A program made the translations under genes and the position numbers. From a virus, in the IMG/VR virus record IMGVR_UViG_3300045003_000166, positions 8,564 through 72,563 of that record: a stretch of DNA of 64,000 nt; one strand, written 5' to 3'. The notes beneath the pieces are model-generated. The model made no database searches. It was not told the origin of the DNA and was given only the letters and a program-made list of their open reading frames with translations. This document shows positions 17,518-27,865 of the stretch, piece after piece (the stretch's first letter is position 1; each line of letters begins with the position of its first letter).

Positions 17518-18144
17518 CCGGTTTCACCGCTCGGTGCGCCTCAGTCGGCCGGGGCGAAGCAGTCCGGCAGCACCGGCGCCCCGCCCACGGCAGCGCGGTG
17601 GGCGTTTTTCGCGGCCGTCGCCGCGGTCCTGGCGTCCGCGGTGTCATCGACCGTCAAACTGAACCGGCCGCACTCGCACCGCACGCTCAGAAGGCCGTCC
17701 GGCTGCGACTCCGTGTAGATCGTGTGCCCGGTCGCCGTCCGGGGCGCGTCACTCGGCGTCGTCGGTTCGGACATCGTCCGACCCTCCGCGCTTCGCCCAC
17801 GCGTCCTGCCAGTTGATCAGGACGAGCATGGTGCCGATGATCCCGACCACGATCGCGCAGAATTGTTCGAACCCTGTCATCTGGCGACCTTGAAGACGAT
17901 GTAGACAACGGCGATCAGCAAACCGTCGTTGATCAGGTCGTCCACGACATGTGCCCAGTTCACGGGAGCTTCTCCAGTTCGTCGATGTAGAAGTTGGTGC
18001 CGTCCTCGTCCCCGTCGAGCTGCACGTGGTAGACCCGGCTGCCCTCGCGGTGCTCGACCACCACGCCGGCCTCGCCCATCAGGGAGGACAGGCGGTTGAT
18101 GACCATCACCCGGTCGCCGGTCTGCAGCCGGGTGCGCAGGCCTC

Positions 18145-18723
18145 TCACCCGAGGATCGCTTTCAGGGAGGCCAGGAAGCCGGAAAACTCGGGGTCCGTGT
18201 ACTCCAGCAGCGCGACGTCGACCGCCGCCTGTGCGGTCTTCAGCTTCAGCTCCAGGTCCTCGGCCGCCACCTGCTCGGCGTCCCGGTCCGCGCAGTGCGC
18301 ACTGCACCGGTCCCGGAATTCCTCGAACTCCTGGCGCAGGGCGAGCAGCTCGTCCGTCTTGTCGGCGGCGAGCCGGGCGCGGCGGTTCAGCTCCTCGAGC
18401 AGCTCGGTCGCGTACTGCGCCGAGTCCCGCATCCAGCGCGCCACCGGGTTGTCGATGTCGCGGAACGTCTTGGTGTCGTAGTCGGAACGCGGGACCATGC
18501 ACTCCTTGGCGTCTTTGAGGATCGCCAGACCCTGGCCGACGTCGACCGGGAACACCGGCTGCGCGCCCTGCATGCCGATGCGCCGGAAGTGCATCACGCT
18601 CTTCCACCCGCCGCGGACGGTGCACAGGAACGGGCCGCCGTTCGTGTCGCCCCGCCAGTGCCACGGCGGAGCGGGGACTGCGCGCAAGGCCGCGAGGATC
18701 TCATCCAGCCGGGCGGCCGTCAT
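18145..18723 (-). CDS. hypothetical protein (Ead/Ea22-like N-terminus possible)
   Basis: RLDEILAALRAVPAPPWHW…; C-terminal coiled coil. Confidence 0.6.
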   Translation of the reverse strand: MTAARLDEILAALRAVPAPPWHWRGDTNGGPFLCTVRGGWKSVMHFRRIGMQGAQPVFPVDVGQGLAILKDAKECMVPRSDYDTKTFRDIDNPVARWMRDSAQYATELLEELNRRARLAADKTDELLALRQEFEEFRDRCSAHCADRDAEQVAAEDLELKLKTAQAAVDVALLEYTDPEFSGFLASLKAILG

Positions 18724-18945
18724 CCCCTCCCCGGAGCCGTACCGGGTGGTCACGAACCCACCGTGGGAACGCGGCCGACCACACCCCGGCCGTCCACCTC
18801 GAGGATGTCGCCCACCCGGGCGAAAGACACCGCGCTGTCGTCGGACAGGGCGTACACAACACCGCGGCCCTGCACGGGCGCGGCGCGGTATCCCAGCGCC
18901 TGCAGCCACCTGGCCGCATCCTGCGCGCCCTCGATCAGGTAGTCC

Positions 18946-19206
18946 TCACTCACCGTCGTCCCCCTTCTCCTGGCTGTCGTAGTCGAGCAGTTCGTCGACG
19001 GCGATCCCGAGCGCGTCGGCGAGGGCTTTGAGCACGGGCGCGGACGGCTTGCGGTCGCCGCACTCCAGGTGCGTGATCGTGGTGCGCGACACCACACGCT
19101 CCGTGTCAGTGGTCCGGTCGGCCAGGCCGCCCTGGGTGAGACCGGCGCGCTCTCGTGCCTTGACCAGGCGCTCGGGACTGAAGGGGAGTGAGAGGGTGCG
19201 TGCCAC
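18946..19206 (-). CDS. Cro-like XRE HTH protein
   Basis: ARERAGLTQGGLAD…SRTTITHLECGDRKPSAPVLKALADALG. Confidence 0.88.
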   Translation of the reverse strand: MARTLSLPFSPERLVKARERAGLTQGGLADRTTDTERVVSRTTITHLECGDRKPSAPVLKALADALGIAVDELLDYDSQEKGDDGE

Positions 19207-19332
19207 TCCGGAAAAATACCGCACATCACCGCACATCACAAGCGACGAGCGGTGTTCAACCAACAGTCCTCGACCTAAGTCTCTATGTGCGCTAAGGTGC
19301 GCCTAAGTGCGCTTATCCCGAGGAGCACACTC

Positions 19333-19731
19333 ATGGAAAACCCCATCAAGCACATCGCGGACGCAGTGGAGGATCGCCGTCTGGAGATCGGCCTCAAGAA
19401 GCAGGACGTGGCCACCCGCGCAGGAGTCACCCCCTCCTACCTGCGCAGAGTTCTCAACGGCGACCATCCGATGAGTGCAGACGTGAAAGCAGGCCTCGAA
19501 CGGGCGCTCCAGTGGCCCTTCGGCTACATCGACCGCATCCCCGGACCGCGCAAACCGCCTGCCGCTCCGCCCCCGGGCAGCAGGTATACCCAGGCCGAAT
19601 GGGACGCACTCGATCCGTCAGACCGGCTGCTCATCGCGGACATCCAGCACAAACTGGACGAACGCAAAGCCAATGCAACTGCACACAAGGGCGACCACCC
19701 AACTGAGCGACGACGCGCACGCGGTGCGTGA
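19333..19731 (+). CDS. CI-like XRE repressor
   Basis: RRLEIGLKKQDVATRAGVTPSYLRRVLNG…LERALQW; divergent from the Cro-like gene; GGAG RBS. Confidence 0.82.
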   Translation: MENPIKHIADAVEDRRLEIGLKKQDVATRAGVTPSYLRRVLNGDHPMSADVKAGLERALQWPFGYIDRIPGPRKPPAAPPPGSRYTQAEWDALDPSDRLLIADIQHKLDERKANATAHKGDHPTERRRARGA

Positions 19732-19745
19732 GTAAACTAGATTGA

Positions 19746-20465
19746 ATGATTGTCGGTCTTTTCATAGCTCTAGGAGCTACTTTCATCGCATCGCTGCTCG
19801 GCATCGGACTTCTGTTGCGTGAAATGCGCCGAAACCGACGGATACTGTCCGCCCGGCTCGACGCCCACGCCGAGGCGCTGCGGATGCTGGCCGAGCTCGT
19901 GAAAGCGGAACTGCCCCAGGAGCCGAAACCGCCACAACGGCCCGAGTTCACCGTGTACAAGGGTGGCAAGACCCTTCTTTCCCTGGCCGCGCTGGCGGGC
20001 ACCACCGCGGCCGGGTGGGGCGGTCGGCATCTGCGGGTCGTAGCCGGCACGAGCGTCGCCACGGCGCTCGCAGCGGCCGTTGCCGGAATACTCGTCGTCG
20101 GCTCGGGGCACGGGTCGCGGCAAGCCGGCCGAGTGCCCGTCACGCCGCCTACGGCTTCTTCGACACCGTCCACGCCACCGTCCGCTATCCCTCCGTCGAA
20201 CTCTTCCACCGCCGTCCCCGGGACCAGACCGGCGCCAGGCTCGAGCAGCATCCCCATGGTCCCGATCGGTATGCGCCGCCGTCCGCCGCGTCCGTCCCCA
20301 AGCGCGAGCGGGCCCGGACGCAGTTCCGTGCCCGGGCCGTCGCCCTCGGTATCGGTGCCTGTGACGGCTGGGGGTCCGCCGTCATCTCCGTCGCCGAGTC
20401 CCACCTGCGCACTCAAACTGGTGCTCGACCCAGTTCGGCTGGTGTACGTGCAGGTGTGCGTCTAG
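19746..20465 (+). CDS. membrane protein with Pro/Ser-rich tail
   Basis: N-terminal and central TM segments; follows the repressor. Confidence 0.55.
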   Translation: MIVGLFIALGATFIASLLGIGLLLREMRRNRRILSARLDAHAEALRMLAELVKAELPQEPKPPQRPEFTVYKGGKTLLSLAALAGTTAAGWGGRHLRVVAGTSVATALAAAVAGILVVGSGHGSRQAGRVPVTPPTASSTPSTPPSAIPPSNSSTAVPGTRPAPGSSSIPMVPIGMRRRPPRPSPSASGPGRSSVPGPSPSVSVPVTAGGPPSSPSPSPTCALKLVLDPVRLVYVQVCV

Positions 20466-20908
20466 CCGTCGGTTTCGACCAGCTGGCGCCGGCACCTTCG
20501 GGCAGTACCGCGTCCGCTGGAACACTCTCCGTCCCGCGTGCGACCAGGACGACCACTCGCCGGGGACGTGTCCGATGAGGAAGCAGAGCAGCTTCCTCAC
20601 TTCTGAAGCTGGGGGACGTTCGCGTAGGTGGGGATGGGGGCGTTGGAGACCAGGGACGGCATGTCGGTCTCCACCAGGGGCCCCGCCGACCGTCCTGAAG
20701 AACACGCCCATCGAACCGCCCTCGTCTGACCCGTAGGAGCCGTCGTCACGAACGTCGCCGCAGGTTGGCCTTCACGATCAGCAATACCGTCATCAGAAGG
20801 CTGCTGACCTTGCACGCCTGCGCGACGATGATCGTCTGGCTGCCGCCTCTCTTCTGCAGCATCGTTCTTCCTTTCAAGTGCCGTGCCCGTTATAGGCACT
20901 TTGCGATA

Positions 20909-21331
20909 CTAGGGAAGGGTGTGACTATCTGTCAACACGAGCCGGGCGGGCGGATTGATCAGGTACAGGCCGAGCCGGAAGAAGGCTTCCGCGTCGTCGC
21001 GCAGATGGCCGATGGCCCGGTTACATCCGGAACACAGCAGTCCTCGAACTTCCCCCGTAGTGTGGTCGTGGTCGACGGCGAGTTTCTTCGTGCGCCCGGT
21101 GGCACGGCGGCACCCCGCGCACCGGCCATTTTGTGCGGCGTACAGCCGCTCGTAGTCCCCGGGACCGAGGCCGTAGACCGCTCGGACCTTGCGGTCGTGT
21201 TCCGCGGCCCGGCGCAGAGCGGTGACCTTGCGGTGATGTGTCACGCACCTAGGTCCGGGGTGAGGCGCCGGCCGCTTGGTCGTGATGCCCTCAGCCGCAC
21301 AGTCCTTGCAGGGCTTCGGCTGTGTGGTCAC
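20909..21331 (-). CDS. recombination endonuclease VII (HNH/EndoVII)
   Basis: YGL…YERLYAAQNGRCAGC…LAVDHDHTTGEVRGLLCSGCNRAIG. Confidence 0.92.
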   Translation of the reverse strand: MTTQPKPCKDCAAEGITTKRPAPHPGPRCVTHHRKVTALRRAAEHDRKVRAVYGLGPGDYERLYAAQNGRCAGCRRATGRTKKLAVDHDHTTGEVRGLLCSGCNRAIGHLRDDAEAFFRLGLYLINPPARLVLTDSHTLP

Positions 21332-24300
21332 ACCGCGGCCTTCGCCGCCGCGTTCTTCTCCGCCTGCTTGGACGTCATCCACCGGCTTACCCCGTGTTCG
21401 TCAATCAGGGGGACAGCGGACGCGCTGATCGGCACGCCGAGGAAGTCGAACCGCATCGCGGTCTCGATGGCGGCGGTCATCTCCTCCACCCGTTCCTCGG
21501 GAACCTCGAGGACGAGTTCGTCGTGCACCGGGTACCACACCGCGTCCGCGTAGCCGAGCTCGGCCGCGAAGTAGAACCAGGCGTCCACCAGGAGGTCTCG
21601 GCTGGAGGACTGCACTTCGTAATTGATATTGGCGTAGGAGGCCAGGTCGCCGCTCGCCCAGCGCTTGACCGGGATGCGGCGTCGGCTGACCGTACGGATG
21701 CTGTCACGGAACTGGGCTAGTTCACGGGTCAGATCGGCGATAGCCGGATACCGTTCCCGGTAGCCGGAGACGATCTGCTGAGCGGCCTCGAGTGGGATGT
21801 TCGCCTGTTGGGAGAGCGCCTTCCCACCCCCGCCGTACACGACTAAGAATCCTGTCATCTTCCCGACATCACGAGTGATCTCGATGTCCATGGCGGCCAA
21901 CTCGTCCACGGTGAGCTGGTGCAGGTCGCCTCCGGCCAGGATGACCTCGATCATCTTCTGCTCGCCAGCCAGCGCGGCTACGACGCGCAATTCGATCTGG
22001 TCGAAGTCGGCGGTCAGCAGGATGTTGCCGTCGTCCGGGATGAGGCACCCGCGCATCCGCGGGTCCTTCTTGCTGAAGTTCTGGAAGTTGGGACCGGCCG
22101 ACGACATGCGCCCGGTCACCGCACCGATCGTGTTCAGGACCGGGTGCACCCGTCCGTCGGGGGTGAGGTGCTCCCAGACGCCCTTGGTCTTGTTGAGCAT
22201 GTCCTGGTGGCCCTTGAACCGGATCAGCTGCTCGGCCGCGGTCCGGCCGTCGGCGTCGAGCGGGTAGTCGAGCAGGAGCCTGACGTTCTCCTTAGCCAGG
22301 GAGGGCGCACCTCCCTCCGTCATTGCGCCGGGCCACGCGTTCCAGTCCACGCCGTGCTCGGCCAGGTATCCCTGGATCCTCGGGGAGCGGGCCGGGGTGC
22401 CGCCGGTCAGCTCCTTGATGACCGCCTCCGCCTCCCCCGTCTCCCGCGCGGCCTCGTCGGTCAGCTCCTGCAGCATCTCCCGGTCCACGCGCATGCCGCG
22501 GGCGCGGATCCGGGCGGCCTGCCCGGTCAGCCAGGACTCGGTGCGCAGCAGGGTGGCCGGCGCCTGGGTGGCGGGGACGAGCAGGTCGGCCAGTCGCCGG
22601 GCAGCCACCGTGTCAAGGCCCGCGTAGACCAGGTAGGCCGGGTCGTCGATCGGGATGTTCGCCCAGCCGAAGGCCTCGACGTCGGCCTTCTTGGCGTTCT
22701 TCCGCCCGGTCCAGATCTCACGGAACCGCTCGTGAAGGACCTTTTCCCCCGCCTCCACCTGCGGCATCCCCCAGGAGGTGGCCAGGGTCTTGAGGTCTTT
22801 GCCGCCCAGTTTGTCGTCGGGCGCGGCCATGGAGGCGAGCGTCTTCGTGTCGACGAACCGCTGCGTGATGTCCACGCCGAGGAAAGTCAGCGCGCCCATC
22901 GGGTCGATGTCGGTGTGGGAGCAGAAGGACACGGTCTCGTCGGACAGCAGCTCGACGACGGCGGCGCGCTGCTCGTCGTCGTCCATCCGCAGGACCCAGG
23001 CGTAGCCGGTGGTGGCGACCTGGACCAGGCGCAGGCGGTAGTCCGGATCCCACGGCCCGAGGTCGGTCAGGGCGGTGGACTCGACGTCGAGGCCGTAGAG
23101 GGCGCCCCCCGGGAAGCAGGCGCGGAACACCGCCGGGTCGAACTCCCCGGGCCGCGGCGCGTGGATCACCGCCTCGCCCTGTCCGAGCGGGACGGTGAAG
23201 GTCCTCATGCCCGCGTCGTGCGCAGCAGGGTCAGCGGATGGCAGGTGGGGCAGCGGTAGATCAGCTCGGCCGGCGGCACCGGGGTCAGGGTCGTTCCGCA
23301 CGTCTCGCAGTCGATCGGGGGAAGGGTCGCCGCCAGGGGGAGCAGCCGGTCGATCGGCAGCCGCGGCCGTGTGCTCGGTTCGCTCATCGTCGCGTCCTGT
23401 ACTAGCTACTAGTTTGGGAGCAACTGGTAGATCACTAGCAGGTGAGCTACCAGACGGTGCCGCGGCCGGCTTAGGTGAAGCCAGCACCGACGGCGCGGGT
23501 TCAGCGGGGGTCAGCTCGCTATGAGCAGGCGAAGTGCCAACTGAAACGGCGGTTTGGTTGGAACCGCTCGGTTCAGGGCCAACTGAACTTGGTGCTGTGG
23601 GTTCAGGGTTCGGGCCGCTTCCCTGACTGCCGAACAGGTCGTCTTGCTCACCCGAGTCGGGCCCGACGATCGCCCACTTGGTGACCCGGCCGTGGCCGGT
23701 GCCGTCGGTCTTCAGCAGCACGAAGCCGTCGATGTTGCGGTCCCGCGTCCGCGCGTAGGCGTAGCCGAGCTGGCGCGGGTAGGACTTGCCGGAGGTGTCC
23801 TCCAGGCCCGGCGGGTGCTCGGCCACCGGGTCTCGGTCCAGAGCCCTGATCACCTGGGCGGAGGTGAAGCGGTCGTCGCCGAAGGTCCTGCGCAGCCAGG
23901 CCAGGTGCTCGCCCCAGTGCGCGCGCTCGAAGTCGGATTCGGAGCGCTTCACCTTCACGTTGTCCAGGAACCCGGGCACTCCGATATGGGCGAGGACACC
24001 GGCCAGCAGCTGCTGCCACTTCTCGAACGAGCCGAACGAGTCGGTGCGCACCCAGGGCTTCCCGGCCGCGAACCAGGAGCGCACCAGGGTGAGGCACGCG
24101 GCCACCAGCGCGGCGCGGTTCTCGTGCGCCCAGTCGCGCAGGTCCGGATGCTTGAAGTCGGACGACGGCCGGTTCTCCGGGCTCGCGCCCGGGTATGACA
24201 GGGTGATGAAATAGCAGCGGCGCCCCATGTCGCCCGCAACCTCCACCCGGTTGCCGAGCGACATCCAGGTGATGCGGTTGGGGAAGTCCACCAGGTTGGA

Positions 24301-25929
24301 CACTCCCAGGACGCGGTCCTGGTAGGTGACGGAGGTCAGCGCCCGGGCGAACGACGGGCCGTCGAGCTTGTGCGCCTCGTCGAAGACGAACAGCTCCGCG
24401 CCGGACCGGAACGCCGAGGTGATCACCTTGCGCTGTTCGGCGTCGTCGGTCGTGTACGGCAGCGGCTGACAGGCCTGCCCGGTGGCGACGATGGACACGG
24501 CGTCCGCGAACAGGTTCTTGCCGGAGCCGGCCTCCTTGCCGTCCACCACGGCGAGCGGCGCGAGCGGCACTAGTCCGCGGATGAACGGGGTGAGCAACAG
24601 CGCGAGCGCGCCGGCCCGCGACGCGTCGTCGGGGAAGGGGAAGCCCTCCAGCAAGTCATCGAAGATCAGGGACTTGGCCGCGGCCACGTCCTGCGCCGTG
24701 GGCTCGTCCGGCACCTTCACGTCCGCCAGATCGTCGGACAGCATCAGGTAGGTGCACGTGGCCTCGTCGTAGCCGGGCTCCTGCACGAGCGACCCGTCGG
24801 CGCGCAGGTACGGCACGCGGCTGATCCGCTCCAACCTCGCGAACTCGCCGGGCTCGGACATGACGGCGCCGAGTGTCCGGTCGTCCGGCCACGCGTCCAC
24901 GTCCACCGCCTCCTCCCCCGCGCCGGACCGGGCGACGGTGCGCGCCGTCTCCGCGATCAGCCGGGCGAAGGCGTCCTTGTGCAGGGGGATCGTCGTGGCG
25001 CCGCGGCGCACTGTGGGGATGCCGCCGAAGTCGAAGAGCCTGGTGCCGCTCCACCGCTCCCTCAGGGCGTCGGTCAGCTCCCTGATGACGCGCAGCTTGT
25101 CGCCGTTGACGACCAGCGTCGGGCGCCCGTCGTCCTCCACCTCCTGCGCCCCCGCGCGCTTCTTCGCGGAGGCCTTCGGCTTCGTGTCCGCGGGCCGCGC
25201 GCCCTTCACCCCCGACGCCGCGGCCTTTTCGATCATGTTGGCGAGCATCGGGCCGCGCCGGTCGTGCGGCTGGCCACCCAGGACGTCGTCGAGGCCGGCC
25301 TTCTTGCCCGCCCCCATCCGCACGAACCGCACGCTGCGCGCGCCCTGGTCGGTCAGCGCCTCGGCCAGAGCGCAGCCGGCGTTGTAGACCTCCAGGTTGG
25401 TGGCGGCGTCGGCGTCGAGGATCACGATCACGTCGCGCCCCTCGGCCACCGCCAGGTGCGGGGTGGGTACGCCGTCCTGCGACCACATCCGGCAGCCGCC
25501 GATGCCGTAGACCGCGGTGCCCTCGGGAGCGTAGGACGCGGCAGCCAGGGTCTGCTTGGTTCCTTCGACGATGAGCATGCGCCCCGCGCCGTCCTGCGGG
25601 CGCGCCGCCCAGAGCTTCGCCGCGGCGTCCCTGCCCCACAGGTACTTGGCCGGCTTGCCGTGCGCGTCCTTGATCCTGCCGTCCGGGACGCGCAACTGGC
25701 GGCGCACCGCGCCGTCCGGCTCGGTCCAGGGGTACAGCAGGGCGGGAACCGCCTGGTCGCCGTGGTGGGCGAACTCCTCGGGCAGCTGGTCGGCTGTCAT
25801 CACCGACCGCACGCCGTGCGCGGCGGCGACGTGGGGCAGGATGCCGTGCCCGGCGAGGTACACCGCGTGTGTCGGATCGATGGGCAGGCCGTCCCAGCCC
25901 GGTTCGATCTCGTCAGACACCGCGGTCAC
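21328..25929 (-). CDS. primase (TOPRIM) / helicase-like / family A DNA polymerase fusion ORF
   Basis: IVEGTKQ and LDAD TOPRIM; GKEAGSGKN P-loop, FDEA; LDVES 3'-5' exonuclease; TGRMSS, DFDQIELR, RDVGKMTGFLVVYG, VHDELV PolA motifs. Confidence 0.85.
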   Translation of the reverse strand: MTAVSDEIEPGWDGLPIDPTHAVYLAGHGILPHVAAAHGVRSVMTADQLPEEFAHHGDQAVPALLYPWTEPDGAVRRQLRVPDGRIKDAHGKPAKYLWGRDAAAKLWAARPQDGAGRMLIVEGTKQTLAAASYAPEGTAVYGIGGCRMWSQDGVPTPHLAVAEGRDVIVILDADAATNLEVYNAGCALAEALTDQGARSVRFVRMGAGKKAGLDDVLGGQPHDRRGPMLANMIEKAAASGVKGARPADTKPKASAKKRAGAQEVEDDGRPTLVVNGDKLRVIRELTDALRERWSGTRLFDFGGIPTVRRGATTIPLHKDAFARLIAETARTVARSGAGEEAVDVDAWPDDRTLGAVMSEPGEFARLERISRVPYLRADGSLVQEPGYDEATCTYLMLSDDLADVKVPDEPTAQDVAAAKSLIFDDLLEGFPFPDDASRAGALALLLTPFIRGLVPLAPLAVVDGKEAGSGKNLFADAVSIVATGQACQPLPYTTDDAEQRKVITSAFRSGAELFVFDEAHKLDGPSFARALTSVTYQDRVLGVSNLVDFPNRITWMSLGNRVEVAGDMGRRCYFITLSYPGASPENRPSSDFKHPDLRDWAHENRAALVAACLTLVRSWFAAGKPWVRTDSFGSFEKWQQLLAGVLAHIGVPGFLDNVKVKRSESDFERAHWGEHLAWLRRTFGDDRFTSAQVIRALDRDPVAEHPPGLEDTSGKSYPRQLGYAYARTRDRNIDGFVLLKTDGTGHGRVTKWAIVGPDSGEQDDLFGSQGSGPNPEPTAPSSVGPEPSGSNQTAVSVGTSPAHSELTPAEPAPSVLASPKPAAAPSGSSPASDLPVAPKLVASTGRDDERTEHTAAAADRPAAPPGGDPSPDRLRDVRNDPDPGAAGRADLPLPHLPSADPAAHDAGMRTFTVPLGQGEAVIHAPRPGEFDPAVFRACFPGGALYGLDVESTALTDLGPWDPDYRLRLVQVATTGYAWVLRMDDDEQRAAVVELLSDETVSFCSHTDIDPMGALTFLGVDITQRFVDTKTLASMAAPDDKLGGKDLKTLATSWGMPQVEAGEKVLHERFREIWTGRKNAKKADVEAFGWANIPIDDPAYLVYAGLDTVAARRLADLLVPATQAPATLLRTESWLTGQAARIRARGMRVDREMLQELTDEAARETGEAEAVIKELTGGTPARSPRIQGYLAEHGVDWNAWPGAMTEGGAPSLAKENVRLLLDYPLDADGRTAAEQLIRFKGHQDMLNKTKGVWEHLTPDGRVHPVLNTIGAVTGRMSSAGPNFQNFSKKDPRMRGCLIPDDGNILLTADFDQIELRVVAALAGEQKMIEVILAGGDLHQLTVDELAAMDIEITRDVGKMTGFLVVYGGGGKALSQQANIPLEAAQQIVSGYRERYPAIADLTRELAQFRDSIRTVSRRRIPVKRWASGDLASYANINYEVQSSSRDLLVDAWFYFAAELGYADAVWYPVHDELVLEVPEERVEEMTAAIETAMRFDFLGVPISASAVPLIDEHGVSRWMTSKQAEKNAAAKAAV
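23205..23387 (-). CDS. nested out-of-frame Zn-ribbon ORF
   Basis: CETCG…YRCPTCH; its TGA overlaps (ATGA) the internal PolA ATG at 23208. Confidence 0.45.
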   Translation of the reverse strand: MSEPSTRPRLPIDRLLPLAATLPPIDCETCGTTLTPVPPAELIYRCPTCHPLTLLRTTRA

Positions 25930-25991
25930 CTCGCCTCACACGGGCCCGGACGCTTGCACACCGGGCGGGGACGGTCTTGGATCTGAGGCGG

Positions 25992-26022
25992 CGCCCCCGC
26001 CTACTTGACCTAGGCGGGGGCG
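25992..26022. terminator. hairpin
   Basis: CGCCCCCGCCTA / TAGGCGGGGGCG. Confidence 0.6.
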
Positions 26023-26042
26023 TCTCGTACTGCGGGTGGTGC

Positions 26043-26444
26043 CTACGCGAACGGGTCCTTCGGCGCGGTCAGGCTCGCGAGGTAGTCGCGGGCGACCTGC
26101 TTGTCCTCGTCGGTCGGCGTCTGCGGCACCCAGACCGGCTTGCCGTTCTCGTCCTTCTTGTTCGGGACGGTGACGATCCGGGCCAGCAGCATGTTGCGCT
26201 CCTGGCCGATCCGGCGGCTGAGCTCTCCGACGAAGATCTTCTGGAAGATCCGGACGCTGTCCTCGCGGACCGGGGCGCCCGGCCCGTCCAGCACGACGAT
26301 GTCGGTGAGGACCGCGTCGCTCTTGCCGTACTTGGTCTCGACGTCCTTCAGGTGCTCCTGGGGCGTGAACAGCACCAGGCGGTCCTTGAAGTCGGCCAGC
26401 TTCGTTCCGCCCGACGGGGCGGCGAAGGGGTCGGTGACGGTCAT
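26043..26444 (-). CDS. putative ssDNA-binding protein
   Basis: OB-like ETKYG…DIVVLD pattern; DPFA C-terminus; lies between exonuclease and primase. Confidence 0.5.
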   Translation of the reverse strand: MTVTDPFAAPSGGTKLADFKDRLVLFTPQEHLKDVETKYGKSDAVLTDIVVLDGPGAPVREDSVRIFQKIFVGELSRRIGQERNMLLARIVTVPNKKDENGKPVWVPQTPTDEDKQVARDYLASLTAPKDPFA

Positions 26445-26519
26445 CGGTTCTCCTGTTCCTTGTCCTGTGTTGTGTATCAATGTCTTACTACAGGCGGTTC
26501 ACAACGATACCGCCCGGTT

Positions 26520-27593
26520 TCACACCAGCGCCAGTTCCGCCTGTCGCTGCTTGCCGAGCTGCTCGAGCTCGGAAGTCCACTCGCCCGCGGCCGTGGCCTT
26601 CTTCCACACCGCGGACAGGTCCGCCTTGCTGCGCGCCGCGCCGATCAGGTCCTTGTACGTCGGCTCCGCGACGGGCGCCGCAGGCTGCTCGGGGCTGGCG
26701 CCGCCGATGAACACCGACCCGGCCAGCGCCCTGCGCTTGCGCCAGGCACGCACCTGCTCGCACAAGGTCGCCGCCTCCCAGCCGGCCTCGATGTCGACGG
26801 CGTACAGCGTCGCCTTCGCCTGCCCCACCGGGAGGTGCACGACCAGGCCGATGCGCTGGTCGACCGGAGGCATCGGCTCCCAGCGCTGCTCGCCGCCGTT
26901 CCAGATGCCCTCCGCGTGGGCGTAGAGGGCGAGCTGGATCGCGATCTCGTTCCAGCCGTAACTCAGGTCCCTGCCGGTCTTCGTGTCGTCCACCACCCAG
27001 GTCCCCGCGGGCAGGTGGATCGGCTCACGGCCCGGCCGCTCCGCCGTCAGATCCTTGGCCAGGCACGCGATCCGGTCGAAGGTGCCGGCCACTTCGAACT
27101 GCGGAACGACGACGACGCGTTCGATGTGCTCGGGCAGGAAGGTGAGTCCCGCCTCCTGGACGAGCTGCTGGTAGGCGAGCACGTCCTGGTCCCAGGGCTG
27201 CGGGACGTCCGGTGTCTCGCCCCGGTCCACCGCCTCGGTGAAGGCGTGCAGCGCGGTGCCCAGGTTCGCCGCGCCCTTCGCGTTGGCTGCGGTCTTCGCG
27301 TCCTCCGCGATCTGGTTGAGCTTGTCCTTGTCGTCCAGCGGCGTGGCGGCCGTCAGGGCGAACAGGTCCGGGCGCAGCGCCAGGCCCTTGATCGCCATGC
27401 GTTCTCCCCACTTGCCCAGGGCGAAGGTGTCGCTGATCGACTTGGCGAAGGTGGTGGCGCGCGTGTAGGCGGTCTCCTTCCCCTTGGCGTCGGTCAGGGG
27501 CGGCAGAAGGTAGCGACCCCAGCGGTCCCTCTTCGGCTCGTACGGATCGGTCTTCTTCACCCCGTCGGCGGCGGTGAACGGGTCGTTCATCAA
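26520..27593 (-). CDS. PD-(D/E)XK exonuclease (RecE/Cas4-like)
   Basis: YTRATT, GTALHAFTE, AGTFDRI, DTKTG, QLALYA. Confidence 0.85.
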   Translation of the reverse strand: MMNDPFTAADGVKKTDPYEPKRDRWGRYLLPPLTDAKGKETAYTRATTFAKSISDTFALGKWGERMAIKGLALRPDLFALTAATPLDDKDKLNQIAEDAKTAANAKGAANLGTALHAFTEAVDRGETPDVPQPWDQDVLAYQQLVQEAGLTFLPEHIERVVVVPQFEVAGTFDRIACLAKDLTAERPGREPIHLPAGTWVVDDTKTGRDLSYGWNEIAIQLALYAHAEGIWNGGEQRWEPMPPVDQRIGLVVHLPVGQAKATLYAVDIEAGWEAATLCEQVRAWRKRRALAGSVFIGGASPEQPAAPVAEPTYKDLIGAARSKADLSAVWKKATAAGEWTSELEQLGKQRQAELALV

Positions 27594-27865
27594 GGCGTGC
27601 TCTCCTTCAACTGGATCGACAGGTTCTGGTACAGCTCGGCTCGACCGTCACCACTGCATGCAGCCAGGGCGTCGAGGGCGTCGATGCACAACTGGGCGTG
27701 GTAGTTGGACAGGTGCACGCCGCGTCCGATCGCGCAGTCGTTACCACGCAACTGGTTCCAGCGACGACGCAGCGCCGTCTGCTCGTCCTGGGTGAATGCG
27801 GACCCGTTGACATGGGCCAGCACGCCCTCGGCGAGGATGCAGTCCAGATCGCGATCCGTGATCAC
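27590..27865 (-). CDS. hypothetical protein
   Basis: GTGA-coupled ORF (VITDRDLDC…). Confidence 0.55.
   Translation of the reverse strand: MITDRDLDCILAEGVLAHVNGSAFTQDEQTALRRRWNQLRGNDCAIGRGVHLSNYHAQLCIDALDALAACSGDGRAELYQNLSIQLKESTP

Noticed and set aside
26520-27593. Cas4 as evidence of a CRISPR system
   Set aside because: It is a stand-alone PD-(D/E)XK exonuclease in a replication/recombination module.
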